DNA of 60,629 nt, taken from positions 1-60,629 of the forward strand of contig CAXRJJ010000034.1 of the NCBI GenBank assembly GCA_964230945.1. Direction: 5' to 3'. Every line of letters begins with the position of its first letter. Position 1 is the first letter of the stretch. This DNA comes from Yoonia sp. (GTDB taxonomy: Archaea; Thermoplasmatota; Poseidoniia; Poseidoniales; Poseidoniaceae). Under the pieces are notes generated by a model. That model did not search any database, had not been told where the DNA came from, and worked only from the letters and a program-made list of their open reading frames with translations. A program made the position numbers and the translations under genes. Of this stretch, positions 8,927 through 17,493 are shown in pieces.

Positions 8927-9664
8927 ATGACGGATCGATGGGTTCAGGACCATCAGCGTGATGCTTGGAGACGCCAAGCCAAGGCTGCAGGGTATAGGGC
9001 GCGTTCTGCATACAAACTCAAGCAGATTCAGAACCGATTCACGTTGATGGCACCAGGAGACGTGATTCTAGATGTTGGGTGCCACCCTGGGGGCTGGGCT
9101 CAGGTTGCTGTTGAAGAAACTGGGGAATCAGGCGTGGTCATAGGTGTTGACCTTGATCCATGCAAGCCTGTAGAGGGTGCGAAATTATTGGTTGGCGACA
9201 TTACCGACCCTTCTTGTCAAGATCGAGTGGTTGAAGCACTTGATGGGCGTAGCCTCAATGTGATAATATCAGATATTTCTCCTGACATAACAGGAAGGTG
9301 GCAAACAGACCAAGCAATCGCTATGGATTTGGTCGCCAAAGTAGTTGATTTCTCCTTGCCATTGTTGTGTGCTGGCGGAAGATTCGTAACCAAGGTGTTC
9401 CAAGGGCACGGCATTGAAGAATTGGTGAAAGCGATGAAGCCACATTTCTCGCGGGTCAGGAGGTTCTCTCCCGATGCGAGTAGAAACAGTTCTTCCGAAG
9501 TTTATCTCGTTTGCATTAATCACAAGCCATGGGTTGCCGGTCAGGAGGGACCTGAAGTGGTCAAAGCGATGGAGAAGGCCTTCGATGATGACGAGGATGA
9601 GGTCGTAGAGGACATAATCAGTACCAGATTTCGAGTGATTCGACGTAGTGGCGAAGAAGAATAG
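8927..9664 (+). CDS. rlmE: 23S rRNA 2'-O-ribose methyltransferase RlmE/FtsJ
   Basis: N-terminal RSAYKLKQIQNRF and the SAM-binding stretch VLDVGCHPGGWAQV, followed by ISDISPDITG. This is the typical FtsJ/RrmJ layout. Confidence 0.9.
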   Translation: MTDRWVQDHQRDAWRRQAKAAGYRARSAYKLKQIQNRFTLMAPGDVILDVGCHPGGWAQVAVEETGESGVVIGVDLDPCKPVEGAKLLVGDITDPSCQDRVVEALDGRSLNVIISDISPDITGRWQTDQAIAMDLVAKVVDFSLPLLCAGGRFVTKVFQGHGIEELVKAMKPHFSRVRRFSPDASRNSSSEVYLVCINHKPWVAGQEGPEVVKAMEKAFDDDEDEVVEDIISTRFRVIRRSGEEE

Positions 9665-9706
9665 CAGTTAATCTACGTTGACTGAAATGCTCCGCTATGT
9701 GAGAGC

Positions 9707-10105
9707 ATGGATGATGAACAACGTAGAATCGCAATATTGAGAGAAGCAGGATTTGGCAGCAAAGACCCAATTCCTGGTAGAGATTACAGCGAAGCACCTC
9801 CCACTACTATCCCAAGAACACGAGTTGACTCTTTGGTTGCAGAGAGACCAATAGGCCGAATCGAGATGGTAGTATTGCGCAGATATCCACAGAGGATTGT
9901 ATCTTCCGATAATTGGAACGGTTACGTAGCAGCAGCGTGTGGCAGGGATGAGACTGGAATTGTAGGGCTTGTTTTATGGGGAGATGAAGTAGAACAAGTG
10001 AAAGTAGGTGACATCGTCAGAATCGAATCTGGTTGGTGTAGGAGAAAAGGTTCGCAAATGGTGGTAAGCAGTGGCAGAAACGGCCAACTGACCGTCATTG
10101 GATGA
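9707..10105 (+). CDS. OB-fold nucleic-acid-binding protein (small SSB/SOSS-B-like)
   Basis: 132 aa. The pattern ...AAACGRDETGIVGLVLWGDEVEQVKVGDIVRIESGW... is typical of single OB-fold ssDNA/RNA binders. Weak call. Confidence 0.5.
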   Translation: MDDEQRRIAILREAGFGSKDPIPGRDYSEAPPTTIPRTRVDSLVAERPIGRIEMVVLRRYPQRIVSSDNWNGYVAAACGRDETGIVGLVLWGDEVEQVKVGDIVRIESGWCRRKGSQMVVSSGRNGQLTVIG

Positions 10106-10175
10106 ACAATCAAGGGGTATGCAACTTGAGCAACCATAAAGAGGGGAACCATGTGGGCCACTCGACCGAGGTCAT

Positions 10176-10346
10176 ATGATGAGTGATCGTGCAAGTGTCT
10201 GTACAGCATCTGGAGTGCCATTGGTAGAGGCTGCCAGCACATCCTTCCCTTGTCCCGAATGTGGTCATTCTATCGGAAGAAGTCCAAGGTGCCGTAATCA
10301 AGCAGTACACTGGATTTGCCCAGATTGTGGCTTCCGAGGTCCCTGA
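10176..10346 (+). CDS. Zn-ribbon RNA-binding protein (COG2888/DUF1610-like); absent from the ORF track because it is shorter than 60 aa
   Basis: Translated by hand: MMSDRASVCTASGVPLVEAASTSFPCPECGHSIGRSPRCRNQAVHWICPDCGFRGP* (56 aa). CPEC and CPDC knuckles are present. GAGGT lies 5 nt upstream of the ATG. The gene sits immediately upstream of aEF-1beta, the conserved archaeal position for this family. Confidence 0.7.
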   Translation: MMSDRASVCTASGVPLVEAASTSFPCPECGHSIGRSPRCRNQAVHWICPDCGFRGP

Positions 10347-10355
10347 GGTGTTTTC

Positions 10356-10622
10356 ATGGGTCAAGTTGCTATCACATACAAGGTAATGGGTAAGGACGGA
10401 GATACGGATATCGAAGCTGTCGCTTCTGAGATTCGTGATTTTGCTGATGAGGTCTTCGACATTCAGGCTGTTGACCTCAAACCTCTCGCATTTGGACTTC
10501 GTTTCATTCAACTTCACGTCGTCATGGACGATGGAGAAGGTTTGGTTGACCAGTTTGAATCCAAAGTACGTGATCTATCCGATGTGGGAGAGGTAGAAGT
10601 TCTCGAGATGGGACTTCTCTGA
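10356..10622 (+). CDS. ef1b: Translation elongation factor aEF-1 beta
   Basis: 88 aa. MGQVAITYKVMGKDGDTDIEAV... is the typical archaeal EF-1beta length and N-terminus. GAGGTG lies 6 nt upstream. Confidence 0.9.
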   Translation: MGQVAITYKVMGKDGDTDIEAVASEIRDFADEVFDIQAVDLKPLAFGLRFIQLHVVMDDGEGLVDQFESKVRDLSDVGEVEVLEMGLL

Positions 10623-10634
10623 AAATTCCTTTGA

Positions 10635-12017
10635 TTACATCTGATGTATGGGACTGCGCATGAATTCGCGTAGCAGTGTCGTCGCATAGGTGCCGCTAGG
10701 TAGGATGAATCGGAATTTTATACAGGCTCCTTCAGGGTGCCATCTTTCTTCTTCGCCGGGTTTTCCTTGCCACTTCTCACCAAGTGTACTTGAATCTGCG
10801 ATTGGAACTGTATCGACTACGAATTCACGAAAAGTTCCAACCAATGCTCTCCGAGTACCTTTGCTAGACAAGCGCGGCATTTCATCGACTTTCCACGATG
10901 TGTCCTCAAGACCCAACAACTCCAAGGCCTGTTTCTCATATTTGCCAGGTTCTTCAGTACTCGTTCCTGGCAGAACTCCGGTAGGTACTAGGCGCCCGAG
11001 TTGACAATTTCTCTCAATTCGCGGTAAGGTTGAGGGGATTGTCTTGACCATTCTAGATACTTCAAGAGATCCTGATTCATCTAGAGGCCCCACAATATCG
11101 CCTTCTATAGGGGTGCTAATCGGCATTTCATCATCGATTCTCATCTGTAGATGGTGATTGAAGATTAGAGATTGCAAGGCGTGAATCGAAAGTAGTTGCA
11201 GTGATTTGGGCATTTTATTGAAGGCGCCAGCATAATCTTCAGGATTTTCTGCAATGTGCCTAAGCATCTCACGCTCCCAACCGAGATGGTCTGGAACCAA
11301 CTGCAATGCGGCTTCTGGATCCTTAGTATCTCTCCAGCACTTTCTGAATGCTGCCGTTTCTTCCTGTTCATTAGGTCCGGGGAATCCAATGTAAGTTGAG
11401 ACTGCTCCTCCGATGTCGCCTGTCAGCAGGAACTTTGCAACCTCTGCTGTAACTGGCCTTCCAGCACCGAATCTTTGTGGCCCGACAAAATTAGGGAACC
11501 TACCCTTGCCGAGTCGTTCTTCAAGTTTGCACTTAATCTTCTCAATCTCTGCCATGGCCTCATCTTCGCTCATAGCACTTCCATCTTCGTGTGCACAACC
11601 TCTGACCACGATTGTGAAGCGGTTACCTCGGTGACTGCCAAAACCAAGTTTTTGGTGCGTTCTGCCCAGAATCTCAATTTCCACGTCGGTCATTTCGATT
11701 TCTTGCACTTTTCGAATATTGCAATCAATAACGAATAGCTGTTTTGTGATGGCGCGTTTGTCCTTGGTCCCAGCAAACCAAATTCGATTAGAGGAAATCC
11801 GCAAGCGTTTTGCTAATTGTTTGACGAAGCGGTTAGTCTCCCAATTGGTCAAAGTTATGCGCGCCAGAGTAAATCTCCCTTTGTTATCTAGAGATACAGT
11901 CTTCGATTCTTCTTCGACTCTGAAATCAGAAACTCGTGCTTTGAGTATCCCGCCAATGCCGCCAGCAGCAACCGTTTCTCCGGCTAAGCCGATGGCTTCG
12001 CTGAGGCTGGCTGACAT
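10635..12017 (-). CDS. truD: tRNA pseudouridine(13) synthase TruD/Pus7 family
   Basis: 460 aa with the TruD signature FAGTKDKRAITKQ and a GxQRFG-like stretch (GPQRFGAGRP). Confidence 0.9.
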   Translation of the reverse strand: MSASLSEAIGLAGETVAAGGIGGILKARVSDFRVEEESKTVSLDNKGRFTLARITLTNWETNRFVKQLAKRLRISSNRIWFAGTKDKRAITKQLFVIDCNIRKVQEIEMTDVEIEILGRTHQKLGFGSHRGNRFTIVVRGCAHEDGSAMSEDEAMAEIEKIKCKLEERLGKGRFPNFVGPQRFGAGRPVTAEVAKFLLTGDIGGAVSTYIGFPGPNEQEETAAFRKCWRDTKDPEAALQLVPDHLGWEREMLRHIAENPEDYAGAFNKMPKSLQLLSIHALQSLIFNHHLQMRIDDEMPISTPIEGDIVGPLDESGSLEVSRMVKTIPSTLPRIERNCQLGRLVPTGVLPGTSTEEPGKYEKQALELLGLEDTSWKVDEMPRLSSKGTRRALVGTFREFVVDTVPIADSSTLGEKWQGKPGEEERWHPEGACIKFRFILPSGTYATTLLREFMRSPIHQM

Positions 12018-12027
12018 GCCAGCACCT

Positions 12028-12285
12028 TCAGATTGAGGACTTGGAGAAATCCTTGACCAAATCAGAACAGAGGTCCTTTAGCACCTTTTCAGCAGATGCA
12101 TTGCCCTTGGTTCTCAGGTAGAACTCAGGCTCATCTAGATCTGGATGTCCAGGGAAGTAGTTCGCGTAATCGACATTCTTGTGATCATTGCAGCGTTGTC
12201 GGAACAATTGGAGAGAGGTGTGACTCTCGCCAATGAAACGCAATCTAAGTTCATTCTTTTCTCGCAACAGGACCTTGATAGGCAT
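12028..12285 (-). CDS. rpoL: DNA-directed RNA polymerase subunit L (Rpo11)
   Basis: 85 aa. ELRLRFIGESHTSLQLFRQ...VDYANYFPGHPDLDEPEF matches the RpoL/Rpb11 dimerisation-domain pattern. Confidence 0.85.
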   Translation of the reverse strand: MPIKVLLREKNELRLRFIGESHTSLQLFRQRCNDHKNVDYANYFPGHPDLDEPEFYLRTKGNASAEKVLKDLCSDLVKDFSKSSI

Positions 12286-12399
12286 ATCGAACGGTCCGCC
12301 GACTCAAGAGGCCTCCTTGAACCTTATGCTGCTGGATATGCCCCTTACAGGGGCACTTGCCTCCCTTTCCATTATCAACCCAACCGCGTTCCGACAAGC

Positions 12400-14973
12400 A
12401 TGCAGGATGACAAGCCCGCGTGGCTAGACAATGCTGCTAGGCGCTTCGATAAGGCCTCATGGCCCATTATTGCTGTATCTGCCGTGTTGACTGCGGTTCT
12501 TTTGGGACAGTTGGTACCTGACCTTCCTACTTTTCACACCGATTTGTCTGAATTCGCTCCTGACAATGAGGCCTCGGAGGCGACCGACCGTATGGAGAAG
12601 TTGTTCCCGGCCGAATCCCGACCAGTGTTCATCCATGTCGAAAGAGATGATGGTGGCAATGTATTGGACATAGCCACCTTGCAGATTATGCATACTCATC
12701 TCCAAGAGATTCGTAATTTTTCACATAGTAATCAGGATTTGGTGGCTACCGAAATAGCCGCCCCCAGCATTGTTGAAACCGCTCTTCAAGAGGAAGGTGA
12801 TGGAACTAATATCTCAGAGTTGCAGTCTTGGACACAGTTACTCGATTTGGTTGTCGATGAAGATGTGAATTGTTTATCTGAAAGAGATGATCAAGTAGAT
12901 TCACTAGCTTCATTTGCACGTGACTCATTGCTGCACAAGGATTTGCAGTATAGCAAAGTTTGTGACTATCTAGATGGAGGTGATGGAGATGCTACTCCTA
13001 TCGCCTCTTCAACACTATGGGTCTTGGAAATCGATCCTTCTTTGGATGTTAAGCCTAGGCAGGTAAAACAGAATCTTATCAGACAACAATTTGCTGAATT
13101 ATCAGAGGAGTCAGAATTAACTTACTCACTTGCTTCGTTGGACCTTATCGCTCATGATATCGACGATGGAACCTTTGACAATCTTGTGCTTCTCGTTATT
13201 CTTTCGACATTGGTAGTGGTGGTTATTCTTGCGATCGCCTTCCGCTCAATAAGAGGCGTTGCATTTCCTTTGGTCGGCTTGTCGTGTGCGTTAATCTGGA
13301 CATATGGAACCTTGGCTGCATTGGGAACGCGATTTTCAGCACTTGAGGTTGCGGTTGCTCCTTTGGTTCTAGGTTTGGGTATCGACTATTCGATTCACTT
13401 GCAAAGGAGATATGAGGCTTTCAGGGAAGAAGGTCTAGATGCCGCTCAATCTTGGCTACTATCTTGTCAGAAATTATCTGTCGCTCTTTCTTTAGCGGTA
13501 TTAACCACCGTTGCTGCTTTCCTCTCCAATATTTTCTCTGATCTTCCTCCGGTGCGAATGTTTGGACTAGCTTTGGCTTTGGGTGTTGTTTCCGCTTTCC
13601 TCGCTTCAACGGTGGTGGTGGGTTCAATGCATGTATTGATGGACAAGGCGGTTTCCAATCGTACAATTCGTTCTCCGTTACGATTCCCGAGAATAGTTGA
13701 TGGAGTTCTTGGTATCCAAAAGAAACACCAGGCAGTGGTATTGATTACTGCAGTCGTCATTTCTTTCGCTTCTGTATTTGGAGCGGCAAATCTGGAAACA
13801 GAATTCGACTTGGGCGACTTCCTTGATGATGAAATGCCTGTGATGCAGGTGCGCCAAGAGTTACAGGATTCCTATACCGCTTCGGCTTGGAAACTCGTCT
13901 ATTTGTTTTGGGAGCCAGCAGAAGGGGAAGATAGCATAGTTGCTGATTCTACCCTTCTCAATCAACTCGATGCTTTGGATAATCGACTTGGACACATACA
14001 CGGCGTGGTGGGCGTCGAACGTTCTAGTGAACATCCTGCATACGAGGGAATCTATACGGTTCTCAGAGATAAGGTCCAGAGCGACGAGTCTTTCGGTGAG
14101 CAACATAATCTAGCCATGTATGGAAACAATTTAGTCAGAGATAATTCATCTTTGGAGGTCGATCTTTCGGCAGCACTGGTTGAATTGGCTGATGACGATG
14201 AAATCAGCGACCCATTGACTGGTCGTTCATGGTCAGACAGAGTTTCATTGGTTGTCGCTATGGAGGATGGCGAGATAAGCGCACTTAGAATGGAAGTTCG
14301 AGTAGTGGCTGCAACCAGTGCTGAGAGCAGCGTAATTGTGAATGAGATAGAGCAGCAATTGGGAACGGAATCTCGTAGTGGTACGATTCGTTATGCAATG
14401 GCAGAAAGCGCAGTAATCACGGTAACTGGAGACTTGGTCATGTTGGATGCGGTCCTCGATGGACTGAATGATTCGCAAGTTGAATCTACTGCTATCAGTC
14501 TTGCAGTTTCATTTGCAGTTCTAGTGATTCTGACTCGCAGATTGATGCCTGCGATGGTCGCTTTAACACCGGTTGCATTGGCAACTTTGTGGGTTGTTGG
14601 ATCGATGGTCATATTCGGTTTGAACTGGAATGTGCTAACAGTCATGGTGACTGCATTGACGATTGGAATAGGAATCGATTATTCCATACACGTGTGGCGT
14701 AGATTTGAGGTTGAGTCTGCTCAGGGAGATAATCCATGGCAAGCGATGAAACGCACGCTTTCAACTACTGGCGTTGCCTTGGGTCTATCTGCTGGTACTA
14801 CTATCTGCGGATTCATGGTGCTCTTGGCATCACCAATGCCAGTAATTCGTGACTTTGGGTTAGTAACTTCTTTGACAGTCATGTTTTCACTAGTTCTGAC
14901 CGTAATCGTCATGCCGGTATTGTTGGTCATGAGTACTCAGCAGAAAGAGGGATTTTCTTCTAGCGAAGACTAG
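12400..14973 (+). CDS. RND-superfamily / MMPL-type membrane exporter (COG1033-like), paralog 2
   Basis: Start trimmed to the ATG at 12400 (MQDDKPAWLD...), because the track ORF start at 12145 lies inside rpoL. Same two-bundle layout and motifs as paralog 1 (GLGIDYSIHLQRRYE and GIGIDYSIHVWRRFE). Confidence 0.8.
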   Translation: MQDDKPAWLDNAARRFDKASWPIIAVSAVLTAVLLGQLVPDLPTFHTDLSEFAPDNEASEATDRMEKLFPAESRPVFIHVERDDGGNVLDIATLQIMHTHLQEIRNFSHSNQDLVATEIAAPSIVETALQEEGDGTNISELQSWTQLLDLVVDEDVNCLSERDDQVDSLASFARDSLLHKDLQYSKVCDYLDGGDGDATPIASSTLWVLEIDPSLDVKPRQVKQNLIRQQFAELSEESELTYSLASLDLIAHDIDDGTFDNLVLLVILSTLVVVVILAIAFRSIRGVAFPLVGLSCALIWTYGTLAALGTRFSALEVAVAPLVLGLGIDYSIHLQRRYEAFREEGLDAAQSWLLSCQKLSVALSLAVLTTVAAFLSNIFSDLPPVRMFGLALALGVVSAFLASTVVVGSMHVLMDKAVSNRTIRSPLRFPRIVDGVLGIQKKHQAVVLITAVVISFASVFGAANLETEFDLGDFLDDEMPVMQVRQELQDSYTASAWKLVYLFWEPAEGEDSIVADSTLLNQLDALDNRLGHIHGVVGVERSSEHPAYEGIYTVLRDKVQSDESFGEQHNLAMYGNNLVRDNSSLEVDLSAALVELADDDEISDPLTGRSWSDRVSLVVAMEDGEISALRMEVRVVAATSAESSVIVNEIEQQLGTESRSGTIRYAMAESAVITVTGDLVMLDAVLDGLNDSQVESTAISLAVSFAVLVILTRRLMPAMVALTPVALATLWVVGSMVIFGLNWNVLTVMVTALTIGIGIDYSIHVWRRFEVESAQGDNPWQAMKRTLSTTGVALGLSAGTTICGFMVLLASPMPVIRDFGLVTSLTVMFSLVLTVIVMPVLLVMSTQQKEGFSSSED

Positions 14974-15490
14974 ACGCCAACGAAGTGATGTCTAATCCTT
15001 GTTCTCTAGCTACTAATGCTAGGCACATCCAATCTTCAACCGTGCCTAATGCTCGCTTTTTACGACTGCATCTTCGTTTGATCTCGTCTGGATCTAGCCC
15101 GCTTTGCTCTGAAATCAGCATGTGTACATCATCGAAACTCTTGTCGTCGTTTATTGGGGCCTCGATTTCTTCCTCTTCTGCAACGTTTTCTTGCTGAACA
15201 GTTTCTTGTCTGTGTGGGGGAGGGTGCATCAGGTTGCTTGGTCTTGGAAACCACCCTAGTACTGGTTTCAAGTCTCTTCTCAATTCAACTGGGGCGAGTC
15301 CGCCTTCTACTTGCTTCAACCAGCCGTTCTCCAGCATAGATGAGACTGCAATATCTGCTTCATGCGGTTGTAACCAACGCTGGTCTAGGCTCCAGATGCG
15401 GGCGATATCTCCTGCCTCGAGTCCAGAATCGATACCTCTCCAAGTAAGTGCCAGCACTCTGGCGATGTCCTCCTCAGCATTTTGAGCCAT
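14960..15490 (-). CDS. Conserved archaeal protein, DUF2240-like
   Basis: ATG at 15490 (MAQNAEEDIARV...); the track start at 15514 is a TTG. The pattern WSLDQRWLQPHEADIAVSSMLENGWL plus a C-terminal ...RALGTVEDWMCLALVAREQGLDI resembles DUF2240 as recalled from memory. Confidence 0.5.
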   Translation of the reverse strand: MAQNAEEDIARVLALTWRGIDSGLEAGDIARIWSLDQRWLQPHEADIAVSSMLENGWLKQVEGGLAPVELRRDLKPVLGWFPRPSNLMHPPPHRQETVQQENVAEEEEIEAPINDDKSFDDVHMLISEQSGLDPDEIKRRCSRKKRALGTVEDWMCLALVAREQGLDITSLASSLR

Positions 15491-15543
15491 GTGAACATAC
15501 TGTCCTGTTGGCAATAGAACATGACTCTTGCCATCGCGTGATA

Positions 15544-16176
15544 TTAATCACCATTCAACTCTTCATCATTGATATGGTGCCCCATGCGTTCAGCTTTGGT
15601 CGCCAAGTATGAACGATTGTTAACATCGATTCCGACTACCAAAGGTCTTCTTTCTACTACATCTATATCGTTGCTAATCAACTGCTCAACTTTGTCTGGG
15701 TTATTGGTTAACAGGCTAACTCTAGAGATGCCCAACGATTCCAACATGCTGGCTGCTATGCGATAATCTCTGGCATCTGCGGGTAATCCAAGCATCAGGT
15801 TTGCATCTAGTGTATCTGCTCCTTTGTCCTGTAAATGGTATGCTTGAATCTTCGCGTGAAGCCCAATTCCTCTTCCTTCTTGTCTAAGGTATAGAAGAAC
15901 CCCCCAGCCATGTTCTTGAATGGCTTGAAGAGCGCTGTTCAACTGTTGACCACAATCACATCGCAGACTGGAGAATGCATCTCCGGTCAGGCATTCTGAA
16001 TGCATTCTTACCAATACGGGATCCGGACCTTCCATCCGACCCAATGTCAATGCAACATGATCAAGTCCACTATGTTCTTCCCTAAAGACACGAATTTGGA
16101 ACTCCCCACTTGCTGTTGGAAGTCTGGCTGTGGAAGGAACTTCGTCTTCAGTTAGTACGATATCCTCTTCACTCAT
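15544..16176 (-). CDS. ribA: GTP cyclohydrolase II (bacterial RibA type)
   Basis: Zn/active-site motifs HSECLTGDAFSSLRCDCGQQL and LYLRQEGRGIGL, plus LTNNPDK. ATG at 16176 (MSEEDIV); the track start is a GTG at 16185. Confidence 0.9.
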   Translation of the reverse strand: MSEEDIVLTEDEVPSTARLPTASGEFQIRVFREEHSGLDHVALTLGRMEGPDPVLVRMHSECLTGDAFSSLRCDCGQQLNSALQAIQEHGWGVLLYLRQEGRGIGLHAKIQAYHLQDKGADTLDANLMLGLPADARDYRIAASMLESLGISRVSLLTNNPDKVEQLISNDIDVVERRPLVVGIDVNNRSYLATKAERMGHHINDEELNGD

Positions 16177-16510
16177 CTCTATCACCTACCTTCATCATAA
16201 ATCGGTACTCACCTGCATCGCTCTCTATGGATAACAATTGTACCCCCAATCGTTCGAGCATGGCGGGGATGTCGTGTAATGTTTCAGGATCGTCAGCCCA
16301 CATTTCGAGAATTTCCGAATTCTGCATCTTCATCAAGGCTGACTTGGTTCTTGCAACCGGTATTGGGCATTGGAAGCCAAGTACATCGAGACTCATGCTA
16401 GGAGTCTCATCAGACCCCTCTCCTAGAGCCACAACCTCATTCATGGCAGTGCCTTCTGCCACTTGCTTTTCAACCCGACGATGTGCTTCTTCAACGATAT
16501 TGCACCACAT
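16169..16510 (-). CDS. TusA/SirA-family sulfur-carrier-like protein
   Basis: CP-x-P motif in LDVLGFQCPIPVARTKSALMKM. The stop overlaps the ribA ATG by 8 nt (ATGAGTGA). The start could instead be an internal Met (MSLDVLGF...). Confidence 0.7.
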   Translation of the reverse strand: MWCNIVEEAHRRVEKQVAEGTAMNEVVALGEGSDETPSMSLDVLGFQCPIPVARTKSALMKMQNSEILEMWADDPETLHDIPAMLERLGVQLLSIESDAGEYRFMMKVGDRDE

Positions 16511-16542
16511 GACTCAAAGCGCAAAGTCTGGCTTCAATAAAT

Positions 16543-17493
16543 ATGGGAGGGGGCGCTGAACAGACCTTGTCTGCCCCCAAGGAGGACTTGTCATGGGCCG
16601 AAGTTGGTCAATTAGGACTGAGATATCTGCGCATTCCTCTGGCTTTGTTGCTAGTTGAGTTATTGTATTGGTTCCTTACCCAGCCATCTAACACTTTGGC
16701 CTGGATTCAAACGCTTGAAGCCTTCATCTGGCACCATGCATCAACTCTGATTTACGGTGCCGGAAGTACCGAGTTTGCCATGCATCAAGGATGGTGGATA
16801 AGGGTTGATTTACTGCACCATAATTTCCCAGATGGTCGCGTTGCTCTATACGTTGGAGATGAATGTGCTGGAATTCACGAGATGTTGTTCATAACTACAT
16901 TGGTATTGTTGACAGAGGGAGTTCCACAGCGCGTGAAAATCAAGAGTATAGCGGTTCTATGCTCATTGGTTTTTGTTCTAAACATAGTTAGGTTGTTGCT
17001 TCTATATCCATTCGCACGCTCGGGTTGTGATGCTGATCCGCGTGGAATCTATTGTACAGGAGAAATGTATGACTTCCACCACATGATGTTTGAATGGGGT
17101 TTCCTGTTGATTCTAGTTGGTATGTGGACAGCATGGTTCTTCTGGGCTAAAGGTCCCTCAAGAATCACTCAGACCGATGCGGGTAAGGGCTGGAGGTTCT
17201 CACGCAGGGAGGTTTGGAAGCCTGTTCACATGGGACTAGTGGTTCTGTGTTTGGTATTCTTCGCCATGGCCGCACATTCATGGTTCGGTCCTGAGGCACA
17301 GGCTGCGATGACGCAGATGGAGGATTGCGATTCATTGAATGAGATATCAGATCGTTGCGGCAGTGCTGTTCGTGATCACGATGAAGCGATATCTACGGCT
17401 TGGTCTCTCGGAACTATCGGTCTGATTACCTTGGCTTGTACGATGATTCAGGTACATCGTACGGATTCTTCAAATGAAGCCGAAAGTGAATAA
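16543..17493 (+). CDS. Archaeosortase/exosortase-family integral membrane protein (subtype unassigned)
   Basis: 316 aa, polytopic. Candidate catalytic Cys in VGDECAGIHEMLF and an Arg 42 residues later (VLNIVRLLLLYPF). This spacing resembles the C173/R214 pair I recall for Haloferax ArtA. A downstream His-containing TM follows (DFHHMMFEWGF). Confidence 0.55.
   Translation: MGGGAEQTLSAPKEDLSWAEVGQLGLRYLRIPLALLLVELLYWFLTQPSNTLAWIQTLEAFIWHHASTLIYGAGSTEFAMHQGWWIRVDLLHHNFPDGRVALYVGDECAGIHEMLFITTLVLLTEGVPQRVKIKSIAVLCSLVFVLNIVRLLLLYPFARSGCDADPRGIYCTGEMYDFHHMMFEWGFLLILVGMWTAWFFWAKGPSRITQTDAGKGWRFSRREVWKPVHMGLVVLCLVFFAMAAHSWFGPEAQAAMTQMEDCDSLNEISDRCGSAVRDHDEAISTAWSLGTIGLITLACTMIQVHRTDSSNEAESE

Noticed and set aside
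8826-9011. N-terminal 62-aa extension of the CxxC protein ORF
   Set aside because: It would overlap the start of rlmE on the other strand. The ATG at 8825 yields a proper signal peptide.
12145-12399. N-terminal 85-aa extension of the second exporter ORF
   Set aside because: It runs antisense through rpoL (12028..12285). The internal ATG at 12400 gives a normal N-terminus followed by a TM helix.
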